A DNA stretch of 64,000 nucleotides. Origin: Dicyema japonicum. Its lineage: Eukaryota; Animalia; Dicyemida. Each line of letters starts with the position of its first letter. Within the stretch, counting starts at the first letter, position 1. Positions 1 through 13,869 of the stretch are shown here, piece after piece. The stretch covers positions 495,482-559,481 of the forward strand of contig RDEW01000019.1 in NCBI GenBank assembly GCA_011109175.1. Reading direction: 5' to 3'. Under the pieces are notes generated by a model. The model ran no database searches and had not been told where the DNA came from. It saw nothing but the letters and a program-made list of their open reading frames with translations. A program made the position numbers and the translations under genes.

Positions 1-1700
1 TCAGTGATCTCCATCATAAATGTATATGCCCCAACCGGAGCACGTGTATCAACGAATATCGAAGAACTGGATACGTTTTACTCTACTCTCACAAGTGTGT
101 ACAACTCACTTTCATCCTCTTACTTTCTTTTTATCGCCGGGGACTGGAACGCCAGGGCCGGAAAAGCAAGACCTGGTGAAACGTGTATTGGATCCCACGG
201 TAGAAACCGCCGTAACATCCCCGGAGAGGCATTAATACAATTTTGCACGGCATTCAACCTACTCATATGCAACACTTGTTTCAAGCACCCGGCAAGACAC
301 AGGACCACGTGGGTTGGTACCAGAAAAGGCAAATCTGGAAACACAGTCAATATATACAATCAGATCGACTATATTATCTGCAAGCAACATCAGAAGGCCC
401 TCCTACAGGACTCGAGATCTTACGGTGGACTTGAAACAAGTAGCGATCATAAACTTGTGGTCGCCCGGCTAGTACTTAAAAGAATCCATGGAATACACGG
501 GAAACACAAAGGCCTTACCTCAGTACGTTTCGACACTGAGAGGTTACGCTACGAAGAATCCACCAAATGTCGTTATAGTGCAGTTCTGAGAGATAGCATC
601 AACAGTATTAACCAAAATCAGCCGACAAACAGCTTATGGGATGAAATAGTGGTTGCTATCCAAAACACAGCCTTTAGTGTGCTTGGTCACATCACCAAAT
701 CTCGTCACAAACAATGTAATCCGGATATCGGACAACTCTCTGTAACACAGAAAGAGCTCAGACTCCGGATGGAAAACACAAACGCTCCGGAAGATATCAA
801 AGTACTGCGCACCCAGAGAGGGAGAGTCTTAACGAAGATCAAACAAATACAAAGATTCCTTGCCAAAAATGAAGCTGAGGAGAAAATCTCAGACATATTA
901 AAGTACAAGAACGGACCAAGAATGTTCAAAGCAATCCGGCTTCTTAGCAGAGAAAACTGTCCAATTTCGTTAACTGTCCATGACAACCTTGGTCACGACG
1001 TTATCGGGACCATTAACAAAGCAAACGTTCTGGCATCCCATTTTGACCTTATGTTCAACAAACAGGACGCGGCTGACCAAGCAATGAAATCTCGGAAGTC
1101 TTACAAGTACACTCTAACTAGCCCTATTACCATATCCGAAACTCAACAAGCTATTAAAAAATTAAATACCGGAAGATCTGCCGGACCAGACTTCATTACT
1201 GCAGAACTTTTACAATACGGCCCGGAGGAGCTAATTGAAATGATTACTAACATTTTCAACCGGTCTCTCGAGGGTGCAGATGAACTGGAACTGGGAAAAG
1301 GGTGGCTAATTCCACTACAAAAACCGGGAAAAAGTAAAGGCCCCCCTCACAACTTCAGACCTATTATACTCCTAACCTCCATACGAAAAACATTATCCCT
1401 CATTGCTTTAAACCGAATAAAGGAGAGGGTGAACATATTTCTTTCGGACGGCCAAAGTGGATTCCGGACGGGCAGGTCCACGGCTGACGTGGTATGGGGG
1501 CACAGGTGGTATTGTGCCCTGTGCCAAAAATACAAAAAATCTATTGAGATACTTGGTATCGACATGTCCCGTGCGTTCGACTCGGTGGACCGTGGAAAAC
1601 TTATGGAAGTGTTGGAGAGTTTTCTACTGCCTGACGATGTCAAAATAATACACTTACTCATGCGGAACACTCAACTTGCCGTCAAAAATTGCCGGACAAG
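1..1700 (+). mobile_element. RTE-clade non-LTR retrotransposon ORF: APE endonuclease plus N-terminal half of RT; runs off window start, 3'-truncated
   Basis: 570-aa open frame with APE motifs NVYAPT, AGDWNAR, NQIDYI, SDHKLV and RT motifs RPIILL, QSGFRTGRST, DMSRAFDSV. Ends before the QG/YADD motifs. Confidence 0.92.
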
Positions 1701-1739
1701 CACCTCCACAGACTGAATATGTATTATCTATAAACCAAT

Positions 1740-1965
1740 TATATAAAGAACACGTTATCCCTGGAAGATAATATCTTTATAGCAGAGTTGAAGCATTCGG
1801 GACCACATAATTGAGACGATAACCCAACTTTTCAGTCACTCGATATGCAAAAACAAATTTCACCAATTTGGAAGAACTCTTTAATATATCCGTTATTGAA
1901 CAGAATAAACTTGAGACGACCCTTGCTATTTCCGGCCAACATCAATACTGTGTGGATACCATGAA
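1740..1965 (+). mobile_element. Degenerate LINE RT fragment (Ingi/Vingi-like)
   Basis: Frameshifted translation gives LKHSGP..ETITQLFS..PIWKNSLIYPL..DDPCYFRPTSILC, the region upstream of RT domain 1. Confidence 0.55.
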
Positions 1966-3094
1966 CACAGGAAAAATTACTCCTCCAGAAATCACTCATT
2001 TTTACAACTTACCTCATCATTTTCTATAACGAACCTGTTCAATTTAACTATGAGTGAGTGAATTGTGCAAAGCCACATTAGAGAACGGAAGATAGTGACA
2101 GCAATATTTTCTCCATTTCAAAAGTTGTTCGCTTTCCTTGTCATTGGTCAAAAAGGATAAGTGAAGATAGGAAATAACATGCCTAAGTCTCAGAACCTCC
2201 CGAATATGATCCATCAAGGATCTCAACTTTACCAACATTATTCAATCTTTTTCTCAAAGATTTTCCCACTCCAAATACTGATAACATTCTTTTTGCGACT
2301 TTATAGTCGCATTAAGAGATCGAAGTAAAGAAGAACCAAAACCAAGAACGCGAAAGACTCCGAAACAAATTAGTCTTTCGTTGATGACTTCAAAATAGCG
2401 TCTGCAATTTCACTATTTGTGAAGGAAATGCAGGGTCAATTATCTCATTAATTACACTAGATTAAATTTAATTTTGTTATTCTCATTATTTTTTAAAAGT
2501 GGTCCTTCAATTTTTTTAACTATCAAAAATACAAAAAATGGCTTTGTCTTAAAAGGTTGCCGACAACTGGACTATGTCAAGCAAATAATCAATATTATTA
2601 GAGATTATTTTAGATCTTTTTAATGCTTACTAAGTTTATTTTTATCGTTGTTCATCTTAAAAAAGATGCGCTTGTTAGGTGAGTTATTCCGCACAACTTC
2701 TGACTAAATTCAGTACATGATAAATATAGGTTCTGTACATTACAAATAAGACATGACTTGATTCTTTTTCAGTAATTCTCTATCGTGAGATCACAGAAAT
2801 TGTATTAACACGATTAATGAATAATTTTAAAGCAAAAAATCTTGAAGTGATTAATTAAATGGTTTTGAGAAAATGCATGACTTAAGTTACTTGGTTGAGG
2901 TGATCAGTGTCATAAGTGTCGTACATATTTCAGTGACTTGTCGTGAGCTTAATGTCACGATCATTCTTTGATTTATCAATTGACCTAAAAATAATGAATT
3001 AAATAAGAATATCTCGATTTTGATAGGGAAAATAGGTTGAAAACCACTGTCTTGAATCATTATTAAAAATATTACTATACGACTAGCTTAGAAA

Positions 3095-3480
3095 ATCTAT
3101 TCTTCTATATAAGGATGGGACCTGGGCAACCACTATAAAAGAAGAGGAGATGCTGGTCTCTTTTACAGGAATCACTTGAAAAAAATAAATGAATAATTTG
3201 TCGACCGGGATCTCATGTAAAGGAATATACAAGAAATGTGCCTGTTAGCCAATAAGCATGTAGACAATTTAATCTCGTTGGAGACTATTTGAGTACATCA
3301 TGAAGATGGAGATTGCATCCCTGCCACAAAGAACTATGAAAGACAACTATGTTGGCCAACAAGACCGTTTCCGTTTATGTCCTAGGATAACTCTACCATT
3401 AGTCTTACAAAAGGACTGGAAAACTAAAACACAGAAAGGGCTCTTGCAAGAACCGATGGTTGTATTTGTCCGTTAGTGAG
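3095..3480 (+). mobile_element. Degenerate RTE 3' fragment
   Basis: Remnants of RWRLFxYIMKM and PRITLPLVL, as in the better RTE copies at 15190-15330 and 60260-60400. Confidence 0.6.
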
Positions 3481-4649
3481 AATTCGCTAATGCACGGGAC
3501 GTGATTACATTTTCCATCTTAACTCATTTTTAAATACTTGAAAAATGTAAACAAGCTAATCAAAGCGAAGGACAGAAACGATTTCCATTCGATCACAAGC
3601 TAGATACAAACAAATGAACCTCTTCAGTTAACATAATTTGAATCATTCTTTAAGAGCAGAACATTGCAGTCCAAACCATCGTCTTGAATCTTTTAAAACT
3701 CTAATAATTGAGTAGATATATTATTTTATTACCTAACCCGTAGTCCTGCTAATGATGGTGTCTCTCGCATTCTCCTAATTGTAAAATGTACTGAAGTTGT
3801 TATGTATTCAGAATGCTTCTTCAGCATCCACCTCTTTTTCGTTCGATGTTCCTCATGAGATCCCTGTTTCTCTGTAAACTCGCACGATTGTAATTACTCC
3901 ATGTGAAATCAACCTTGCACTTGTTTTACTCAATAAGGTATAGAGTATTCTTTAATTAATAGGTTCTACCGTTAGTGGAAAAAAAGTTAAGAGATAAAGT
4001 ATATTTAAGGTATATTCAGTTTCCACTGTTAAAAAGACGCTTTCATTCTAAACATCACATCCAATAATATAAGCATTGTGGAAAACCCTCAAGTAGAGTA
4101 GAAAAAATATATATACTTTTTGGATATCGGCCAGGTATTGGGTTTCTCCTAAAACAGCCTTTGGATTTGAAGAGCTGAACAAAATCCTTCGACTATGAAT
4201 GTATTCTACATAATCTATCTATGGAGTAGGCTATATGTAAGTTAGTTATTAAAATGATCTATGACGTTGATCACAAGCATATAAATGCTTATGGTTCCGC
4301 ATTTGCCGTGCCTTTCACTATCCATTCTATCAGTTTTCTCTATGGAACTTTCCTACTCTGACGGCTCCGCAGTTCTTGGAAGAATCCATACATGGAGGTG
4401 TCAAACTGAGTCCTCTGACGTTGAAAGTTGCAATTAAAACGGGCTAGAATAAACAGATTGGGTAAAATAATTACATTATTATGACAGAGACCACTCAACC
4501 AATCGGGCATAACTAGATTAAATAATGATATAAATTATAATAGGCCAATTTAATTAAAAATTAAATTAATCATTAATCCAAAATGTTTATTAAAGGGAGA
4601 ATACGACAAAAAACGATCATGAATAAATATCCATTACATCCATAATTTT

Positions 4650-5212
4650 TCAACAAAATGAAAAAGACCTGGCTTCTACACAAAAGTCTTGACCATAAAA
4701 CTCGAATGAAATTTTACAATGCCCTATTGAGGCCATCCTATTATATAATGCCAGTACATGGGCATGTACAGGGCAGGAACTCGAAAAGTTGAATTCTTTT
4801 TACAGATATCATTTCCGAGCATTTTTTCTTCTCGAAGCTTTTTCAAAAATCTTATACAAGAGAACAAAAAACTGAGCCAATATCATGTGATATTACTGAT
4901 TCAAGATGACGGTTCTTTGGACCATACTCCGCCACGATGTGGGATCTCTGCCAACATAGCAATGGAGGAATATTTTGTCTTAGAAGCTTATCGTTTCCGC
5001 GGCCGGCCGAATACAATACTGCCGGTTATTCTAGATGAAGATCTCAGGAGGATTGGAAAGTGCCTTAAAGATGGGGACGATCTAGATATGTATGCTACGG
5101 AACATGGCAACGGATCGAAAAAGATGGGCGACGTTAATTAGATTGTTAACTTTTCGTGTTGCACATGCTTTGTCATGATCTTGGCATCGCGTACGTGCCT
5201 ATAATAATAATA
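4650..5212 (+). mobile_element. RTE 3' fragment with (AAT)n tail
   Basis: ILLYNASTWA, YRFRGRPNTILPVILDEDL..DDLD; ends in ataataataa. Confidence 0.8.
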
Positions 5213-6869
5213 AAAAATCCATCATAATCCTTGGTATAAACAAGCTTCTAAAGCGCATTCCTTCAATTATTTACAAAGGTTCGCGTACAATTATTACTTA
5301 AGTACATTCATATCTGTACAAAATTGTATAATCGTACAAATTAGAATTCGGGATCCTATTTTTTTGAATATCTCATTTTAAAATTTTGATCAAACTTTTT
5401 AATAAAAATGTTATGTTAAAAAAATATTTCGTCTCTAATGTGCTGTAACACCATTTTAAAAAGAATTCTACACTCCCTTCTTAAATCCCCCTCTCACCAG
5501 ATCATCCTCGTACAAGTGAATCCGTACCTATCAGCTTTAAATAAGATTTTTTTATTTTTTAAGTCCACCTGGGAAACGAGTAGCGCTCGGTAATTTGTAG
5601 CGCCTGTAGCATAAAACGACGTTTACAACACTGGCATTCTTTTAATTATCCGATTTGAATATGCTTATGCAGATCTGCAATGACAAAGTCACAGTATTCC
5701 TCCATGATTTCTCGAATTTCTTTGTGATGAAAATTAAACTTAATTTTCCATTTTGTAGCCAACTTTTCTCTAAATCTCAATCCAGTTAAATACTTCAGCG
5801 CAATATATTTTATTGATGAAATAAAAAGTAATGATCCACTTAATCGAAAAATTTTTAACATCTATACAAAGTTGTCAACTTAATTGAGTTCGCTGCACTG
5901 GTTAGTATTGCCTGTTCTTTTTCGGTTTGACACATTCTTCGGGTTTCACTAGGGTATACTTTCCTGAATCTACTTGCCACCAATTGACAATCGTAGACAT
6001 GATTGATGTGAATATTTAGAGAAAGAAGTTGCACATACAACCAATAGCTCTTCAGTTTGGGAGGTGTTAAATCACTTCAAGGATGTTTTCTTTGGTAAAG
6101 TCTTCAAGTGTGACTTCTACATCGATCACTTGTTTGTTCATCAAATGTGTTCTCATTAATCGCCAATTTCTTCCAAATATTCTCTCAGATTAAAGACACT
6201 CGCTTTCATTGAAAAAAAATCAGCATTTTAATTCTCTTCATTTAAAACACAACAAAAATATCTCGGGATGAGTTTAAAACACCGATTATGTTTTCTGTAT
6301 TATTAAATTCAAGGATTCTGAGTTTTTCAAACACATTGTTTAGGGCACCCTCCCTGTCTTTCAATATCTTTATTTACAACACATATCTCGCTTCATAGTC
6401 ATATTATTGAGTTCCTCTCTGTCTGGTAAACTATGATTTAGCTTCTTTAGTTCTCTAAGCTTGGCTTCTATACCCTAAATTCGGTTACTTTCTAAGAAAA
6501 CTCTATATTCTCGTTTCCAAGCATAAATTGAGGTGGAAATGAGTTTATATAATTATTGATTGCTGTCGTTTTTGAAAAATCTCATCCAAGAAAAATCTCT
6601 TCTGTTCTTTTTCAAACCTTTTGGCTCCAGAGGATGTTGAATTGTTAGGTTGCGTCATGTGGTTCACCATCTCTGGTGGCGCAAGATTTAATCCTAAATT
6701 TTATCCGAAAAGAATCATTAGTCAACCATGCACTGGAGTTCTCCCTGGACGGCACTTCCTTTATGTCTTAGCATGCGAAGATTGCTGAGGAGGTTGGGAT
6801 CACGGAATTTTTTTCATTCTGGTTATGACGGTGTTATTTGGTACAATTAATTTAATCTGCTCAAAAACA

Positions 6870-7095
6870 CAAAAATCAATCAAAAACGATTCCTGCCTAC
6901 ATAATTGACGTTGAGTTGCCTCTCGCGATGACAGCAGAGATCAACTGGAGAACCTTCCAGTCTCACGTACGTCGTGGCTTTTTAGTGTAGCAAGGCGTCC
7001 AAATTTCTTTATGAAACGAAACGTTTTCCCGCTTAAACAATGTACCGCGCTCCGACAATGTTGGAGGGGCAAATGGGGTCGACGCAAGTAACAAC
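6870..7095 (-). mobile_element. CRE-like non-LTR retrotransposon 3' fragment
   Basis: SGKTFRFIKKFGRLATLKSHDVRET matches the C-terminus of the 58781-59053 copy. Confidence 0.7.
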
Positions 7096-7819
7096 CCATA
7101 CCAAAGGTTTCAGACATTTGCTTTTTTAATCTCAAAGGAAGGAATAAAAGAATTAATCTTTTATCAAAGACATTCAACAGAAAACTATTTACTTGCATGT
7201 TAGTGTCACAGAAATAGAATAATTCGGATAAATAATATCCAAATTACTTAGACTTATTAATAAAATTCGATTATCCCTGATTGTCTGTCACTTTTTGTTA
7301 TCAAAATCGACACGCTTTCTAATCGTCAAATATATGATAATATAGTTATTTAACTAACTACGGCCTCACAAACTTGTAGGAGCCCTGCAGCTATTAAATA
7401 AGACGCAGTAAATGCCGGTCTACCATAGATTGGTCAGTCCTGGAAATGTAGACAAACGTTGCTATAATTCATGACATTCAAATATGATTTTTTGTCCACT
7501 CGGATATGTTTAAATATGGTTGTGTTAACTTAACTCGAATATCAACCATAATTAAGATAAAATTACATAAATAACACACTGGAGATTTCTGTGAACGCTG
7601 TTTGATATTTGAGCGAATCTCGTTTACACTCCTGGCTAGATAGTCAAGGGGGTTACTGTCATGGGGGTACTTTATGAATTAGATTGATTGTTTCTTATTT
7701 AATAAATAAACTGTCAATCATGGCAAGTTTAATCTCTAAAGACTCCAACATACAGTATGACAGTCACTGAGGAATCTAGAGAGCCAATTAATTCAAGTTA
7801 GTTATTAATTCAAGCTCTC

Positions 7820-8905
7820 CATTAGGGTGTGCAGACTTTGAGCACGCAATGGGAGTTACCCTTTAATCCTATGATTGTGACGTTTATAGTAAAATAAACA
7901 ATAGATTACCCTGAAAAACGTAGTCTCCAAGACCAATTTTTTCACCAGACTGAAGAAGATTATTTTGCAAGAATGGTTATTACCCATAATGGCTACCAAA
8001 TGGCCCACACCATAGTAAGAGAAACACCCCCAGATCATGATATTTTCTAAAATTGAAATTTCAGTAAAACCTTTTCCAAACTTATGAGCTTGCGCGATGA
8101 ATTCCGGTTTCGAAGAGCCTTTTGCACTTTTATAAACCATTGCGTTCTAATTTGTCGGTCTCAGTTCAAATGAACATTCGTCAAAAAAGATAAAAGTTCC
8201 ACCCATAATCATAAACTTGTAATAAAAATTTAACGATTTTCGTCTTTCCAGTATGTTTTTTCGATTCAAATAAGGTTATTTGATTGCTTTTCGACAAAAT
8301 ATTTCCTTTTTATTCAGAGTTCCGATTTCTTTATGCCTGGAAACTTGTGTTTTAGTGGAATTCTTGTGTTCCGTGGATAACTTTAGCGACGAAAACGAAG
8401 GATTTTCACGGAAAATATTGCATAAATTTATCTTCGATTCATTTAACTTTGGTAGACGCCCTGTACCCGGTTTACGAGAAATCCTTCCGGTCTTTTTTGT
8501 ATCTACTGATGAAACTTCCGACAGTATAAAAGGGAACAACAGTCTCTATAGAAATTTTCTAAGAGACATTTTTTGGTTATGCAGTGCAGTTATTTGACTT
8601 TTTAAAACTTCAGATAAGTGATTTTTTTCTAAAAACTATCGAAAATTATAGGTAAATTAAGAAATTTAAGTGGTGTACAATTTTCTGTGAGCAACAGGAT
8701 TCATCACGATGAAAATTATATTCAAAATAAGAAATAAATCGACGTATAAAATATATTACAAATCAACTTAATGAAAAAATTTGACAGTCTTTCTTGAAGA
8801 TATCTTGGTATAGGATCAAACTTCTGAAATTATATTCAGGGGGTCGAAGCCATGTACCCAGTTAAAACAGATGTCTCAAAATAGTTGACACCTTCCATGA
8901 AACAA
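7820..8905 (-). mobile_element. Tc1/mariner-family transposase relic
   Basis: RKPGTGRLPKL (HTH linker), IFFDECSFEL (first catalytic D) and IMIWGCFSYYGVGHL are typical Tc1 motifs. Related GGTGTNCA motifs at ~7826, ~8672 and ~8887 may be IR/DR remnants. Interrupted by stops and frameshifts. Confidence 0.85.
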
Positions 8906-10450
8906 TTCTCCGCAAGGTCTTTCCAATAGACTTATTCTAGTGCCTTGGCATATAATTTTTCGATGACTTTCAGAAGATTGAATTTCATTAATCAAGTTTT
9001 TGTTTTCATCCACCACCTCAATCATCAACTCTAAGTAGGCTATCGATTAAAGGAACAGCCAATTTATGTTAGAGACCATTTGTTACCCAAAGCATATCCC
9101 AGAAGATCAATGCAGACTCACATGATTGGGTCATAATTATAAGAACTGTAATCACGTTATATCTCATCGGTTTTGTGAGTTAAAAAGGGAAAAATCTCCA
9201 TATTATATAACATTTGCATGATTCATTCGAATGTATTTGTTGAAAAAAAGTTTGGGCAGGGAATTTTGTAAATCCAGCAGGGCTATAAGGTGTTCTTTAG
9301 ACGATGTCAATAAAATTCGTCGAACTGGAAACAGACACCTGTCCTGAGTATTCCACTTCTATTAAGTAAAAGCAGAACATCATTTAGCTTAGATTTGGCA
9401 GAGTCTTTTCTTAGATTAGGATATCTATATTTTTTAAGGTTTAAAATTATACCACAATTATTCGTGATGTCAACTGATCTGACATTGAGTTGACAATGAC
9501 GTTCATTTGTTCTCTCCCAACCTAGTCTCTACGTAAAATCGTTTGGTATTTTTAATCACCAACGAACCCCACAAGATCAAATATTTAAATTTTAATCAAA
9601 TAATAAAAATATTTTAATTTTATATGAATTAAAAAAATAACTTAAAATTAAAAATTTATTAAAATAATTATGTGATCTGTGATAAGCGCAGAGAACGCAT
9701 TCGTAACCCAGACCTCTTAAGTAAACGTTTTCATCAAGTCGACATTAGAGAAATTTTGTAAAAAATTGGTACCAAAACAGGAACACTTATGTAGTATTAT
9801 TTATTGACCACTTCGACATAATTGCGGTGGTGTCGGTTCTCGTTCTAGTAATAGAGATCAACTAGGAGACCCAGGATTTTCACGGACGTCGCCATGGCTT
9901 CTAAGTTTAGCGAAACGGCTCAGTCTAATTTCCCGACTTATGCAGTTTTGAAATTTATAAATAAAAAATTATTATTAAAAATAATATAACTAAACTTTTT
10001 TGAAACAGAATAGGATAGGATATATATCTAACGGTTATTTAACTCCAGATATAAAGAATGTTAGTAAAAAAAATTTTGTGGGAGTATCAGGAACAAATTA
10101 CTTTGTGGGGAACTTACAACTTTAACATTATTGTTTTTAGAAATCCCTCTCTTAAGCAATTTCTTGACATTTTTTAACCTCAGAGTGTTCATGCAGCCCT
10201 GAAGCCAAATGTCCTACTTCGGATCGTGTATTTTCTTCCATCAAATAAGTAGGAAGGGCAACAAGAATTGTTCCGTACTTGAGAGAGCAGACATACAATC
10301 AACCACACAAGAAACACACGTTTATTTTTTATTATTATATAAATAATGAATCACCGATTTCTATAATTGGTAGAACTATGAATAATAATAATAATAATAA
10401 AATACTGAAATTGTCGTGAATATAAATAATTTGTACAATCATGCCCATCC

Positions 10451-10642
10451 AGCCGGATGGAATGTGGTTAGGTGTCGGGCTAAATTGGCTCAGGTCACGG
10501 GTTCGATTCTCGCTGCTGTTCACCTAATAGAAGGTTCCACGCATCTACGATGCTAAAAGGGCTTGAGGAGTGACGCCGTCATCAGTGGAGATTCACTGCG
10601 AGACTGGATTGTCTAAAAGGACACACAACATAGAAAAAGAAA
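10451..10642 (+). mobile_element. tRNA-derived SINE family A, partial copy
   Basis: Aligns by eye with the full copies at 31407, 54181 and 57091. Confidence 0.9.
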
Positions 10643-10649
10643 NATTTCC

Positions 10650-11005
10650 TCCTCCCAACGAAAACTAAACTTTGTAAACACTTCTTGGATACTACAAAGG
10701 CTGTTTCTACTCAGCGTTAAGCTACCTTTATACGCAATACAATCAACCGACAATCAGCTACGGCTGTGCGGCATATGACGCAAACCTGTACTATACGAAC
10801 CTAGAAAAAAATAATGTCTTTCAAGCAAGTCACGAGGTCTTACAAAGCTTGACCTCCTCACGGTTAATAATAACTCAGTTCGAGGAACTTGTGAGGGGAA
10901 CGGGAATCCAATTGCCATTTCCGAAATCCAGTATCCAGTACGTACAGGAAGTGCGTCGATTCTCGGGACGATGAGGCGGATGCTAAAGGAGGCCGGAATC
11001 ACCTG
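10650..11005 (+). mobile_element. Ingi/Vingi-like LINE 3' fragment
   Basis: ISYGCAAY motif and C-terminus MRRMLKEAGIT*. Confidence 0.65.
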
Positions 11006-11099
11006 AAACCACGTATCTTTTTAATATGTCGGTGATGGTTTAAAATAAATAATGATAATAATAAATTATAGTTTGAATTTTAACGTGGATAATATCTTT

Positions 11100-12290
11100 A
11101 ACAAGTTGCTAATTCTGGAGTGGCTTGTGCTCGGGAGAATAAAAGAATTTTTACCAGAAAAGAATTTTCAACATGGATTCAAAAATGAGAGATCCACGTC
11201 TACATATTTTCAAACATTGACCAAATTCGGATTCACAACCAAGCCGAGACACTTTAAAACAGTGCCATGCTCAATCGACATATATGCTCAATCGACATAC
11301 ACAACGCTTTTGACTCAGTCTCGAAGAAGATTCTATCGAGAAAAATATTTCAATCGGAGATCAGAGGGAAGCTAAAGCTTTGGATTATTAACTTCCTAAG
11401 TGGACGAAGGGGACGTGTTTGCCTCGGAGGTATGAAATCAATCTCACGGTTTTTTCCAAACGGAGTCCCTCAAGGATCGCCTTTATCCCCTTCTCTTTTT
11501 AACTTCTTTCTGGCGGATATTCCGAGTCTTGAATCTGATAATGATGTTCTACTTTCCTATGCGGATGATATTGTGTTGGCTTCGCGAGATCAGGACATCC
11601 AGAGGGCCACAGAAAGAATACAAATTAACCTGGACAGGCTTAATGCCTGGATAATGGAAAACCGGCTCGTGGTGAATGCAGAGAAGTCGTCTACGTCACT
11701 ATTTACCTCGGACAAAAAATTGGGAAGGAAGACAGTCACCTTGAAGTTAAACAAGGTCGGCATCCCTTTCCACAGATGTCAAAGGATCTTGGGTGTAACA
11801 ATTCATATGCATCTCTGTTAAACACCTCACGTAGAAAACATTCTATTGAAATGCGAGAAGAAACTGAACGTATTGAAAAGTTTATCGGGAATATGGAAGA
11901 GTGGTACTCACCCAGTCTTGATGAACGTATACAAACAATACATCGAGTCATGTTTCTCATATGCATGCGCCTCGTAGGGTCCGTCCATATCTTGGACAAA
12001 TATGAGGAAAATTGAGGAAATGGCTAAGAGGGCTTACAGAGTAACGGAGCGTTGGATTTGTGAAGATCATCGATTCGGACCTACGCCTCTGGAGGCCCTG
12101 ATGAGACTTGACTCCAGATCACGGGAAATTGGCCCTGAAAATTCAAGCAGCCGTCCTGTACGTTCATGCACGGGCACGAAGGAAGAACGACGGGCAAAGA
12201 TGAGGTCTTTGTTAGAATGCATCGGGATCACGTGATAATTAGTTTTGTTTTACTGTGGTCTTGGGTTAAATAAATAAAATAAAAAAATAA
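11100..12290 (+). mobile_element. Ingi/Vingi-like (I-group) LINE, RT domain to 3' end
   Basis: QHGFKNERST, IDIHNAFDSV, GVPQGSPLSPSLFN, LSYADD. Ends CIGIT* plus an A-rich tail, with no RNase H visible. Confidence 0.88.
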
Positions 12291-12344
12291 ATTCAACATG
12301 GATTGATCTAAAAAGCTTTCTCCGTTAAAAAACGGTAGATTTAT

Positions 12345-12670
12345 GCCTGAGACAAAGGGTTTCAGGAAACTTAATATAATCAAACCGCTCTTGAAGTCCA
12401 GGCCGTCACAGGAATGCGCCCTCGTCGTGTTCAATCAACTCCAAAAACCGACGATTGAGTATGCCTGTTCCTCATGGGCCTATGAAGTTTCGATATCAAA
12501 TTCACTCAAGATCAATTCCCTAATTGGCAAACTAGCACGTCTAACGAATCTACCCCCGATCTTTTCTTCCCAATGCTTGACCACGCCGCAATCAAAATTA
12601 ATGGCTTCGGCTTCATCGGTCTGTGTGCCCAAGAAACAAGTCTTTCTTCCATTCAAGGCGAGTGGCCTAT
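12345..12670 (+). mobile_element. Fragment of the same LINE subfamily as 25680-28085
   Basis: KGFRKLNIIKPLLKSRPSQEC..EYACSSWAY is nearly identical to 27570-27870. Confidence 0.85.
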
Positions 12671-12721
12671 TTTTTAATTTATTTAACCCAAGAACACCAA
12701 TTTTTAATTTAATTGTATTAA

Positions 12722-13116
12722 ACTAATTAGGTGATCCCGGCCGCCTCCATCAGGTCTCTCATCTTTTTCCGGTAGACCTTCCGAGATCCAACACAGCTTC
12801 TCTGAGGACGAGAGGGTTTTGAAAGAAATACAAGAGGGCTGATGTAAAGTCTTCTAGTAGGACCCAATCCATTAGAGCATTGTAGGAAGTTGGATTTTCG
12901 GCACAAAGCGGCGAATCCCTTCCCATTTTGTCCGATAAGGTTTTCCAGAGAGGTGGGTGTGAAACTGACTGTTCTCACGAGCTTGCCGATAGTTGTAGCT
13001 GATAGGGACTGAATATCACTGATTTTCTGTTTGTGCGTCCAGGATAGGTTGATTCCCCAAGACGCACAGGCGTAGCTGATAGATGGCTCAATGAATTGTT
13101 TATGTAGTAGTTTCAA
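12722..13116 (-). mobile_element. Ingi/Vingi-like LINE 3' fragment
   Basis: KQFIEPSISYACASWG ... KMRDLMEAAGIT*. Confidence 0.8.
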
Positions 13117-13869
13117 TTTTTGAAATTATACAGTGAATCACTAGTTAGCTCTCTTCAATGTAAAATCATAGGCGAAATTTTATAAATCCTGAGACTGATG
13201 GACACACCCATACGATTGAAAAGCTGAAGGTAAGTGCCAGATGGAGGAGCAAGTTGCAATGTAGAACCGCAAGACAAATAGGGGCTCGTATTTTTCTGGT
13301 TTAAGTATATAAGCTAAAAATATTGAATTTAGCATCAGAAAACAAATCAGATGTTATTATTACGTATTTAGAGAGATCTTAGAAATCATTGATTTGTTTT
13401 GGCCCTATTCTGTTCGAATGAAACGTAGAGAATAATAATAATTTTAAAAAATTACAATAAAATTTCAGAAAAAAAATAAATTAAAATGTTAGTTAATATC
13501 TATTTTTAGCAAGTTTAAAAAATATATTTTTGAAAAAGTATATAATTTTGGTGAGGTGGTGACGTGCCTCGTTTCTTAATTGGATCACAGTTAAGAAAAA
13601 TGTCTAAAAAGCAAGGGATATAAAGGGATGCATCTCGTCTAAAGCTCCATACGTTCAATGCTAGAGGCTTATCTACGACATGGTCGAGGAAGATTCTTTG
13701 ACGACTGGATAGATACGACGTATCTATTAGGTGCCTACAAGAGACGAAAGTTACTTGTAGCCTTGCGAATAACGAATAATATGTCTACCGAGCGACTCAA
13801 AATATTATGGACTTGGATTTGCCATCCACTCAAAGTTGACAAGTACAGTCAACCGTATATTTAGTGTGA

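Noticed and set aside
20-1670. Short overlapping or antisense ORFs in the ORF track
   Set aside because: Shadows of LINE, SINE or gene sequences with no independent motifs.
2545-3050. hAT-like terminal words (AAAAGGTTGCCGACAACTG, GGTTGAAAACCACTG)
   Set aside because: Both are in the same orientation, with no matching inverted partner or TSD found.
5646-6660. Possible gag/protease relics of LTR elements (also 44300-46250)
   Set aside because: No clear zinc knuckle, protease motif, LTR pair or primer-binding site could be read.
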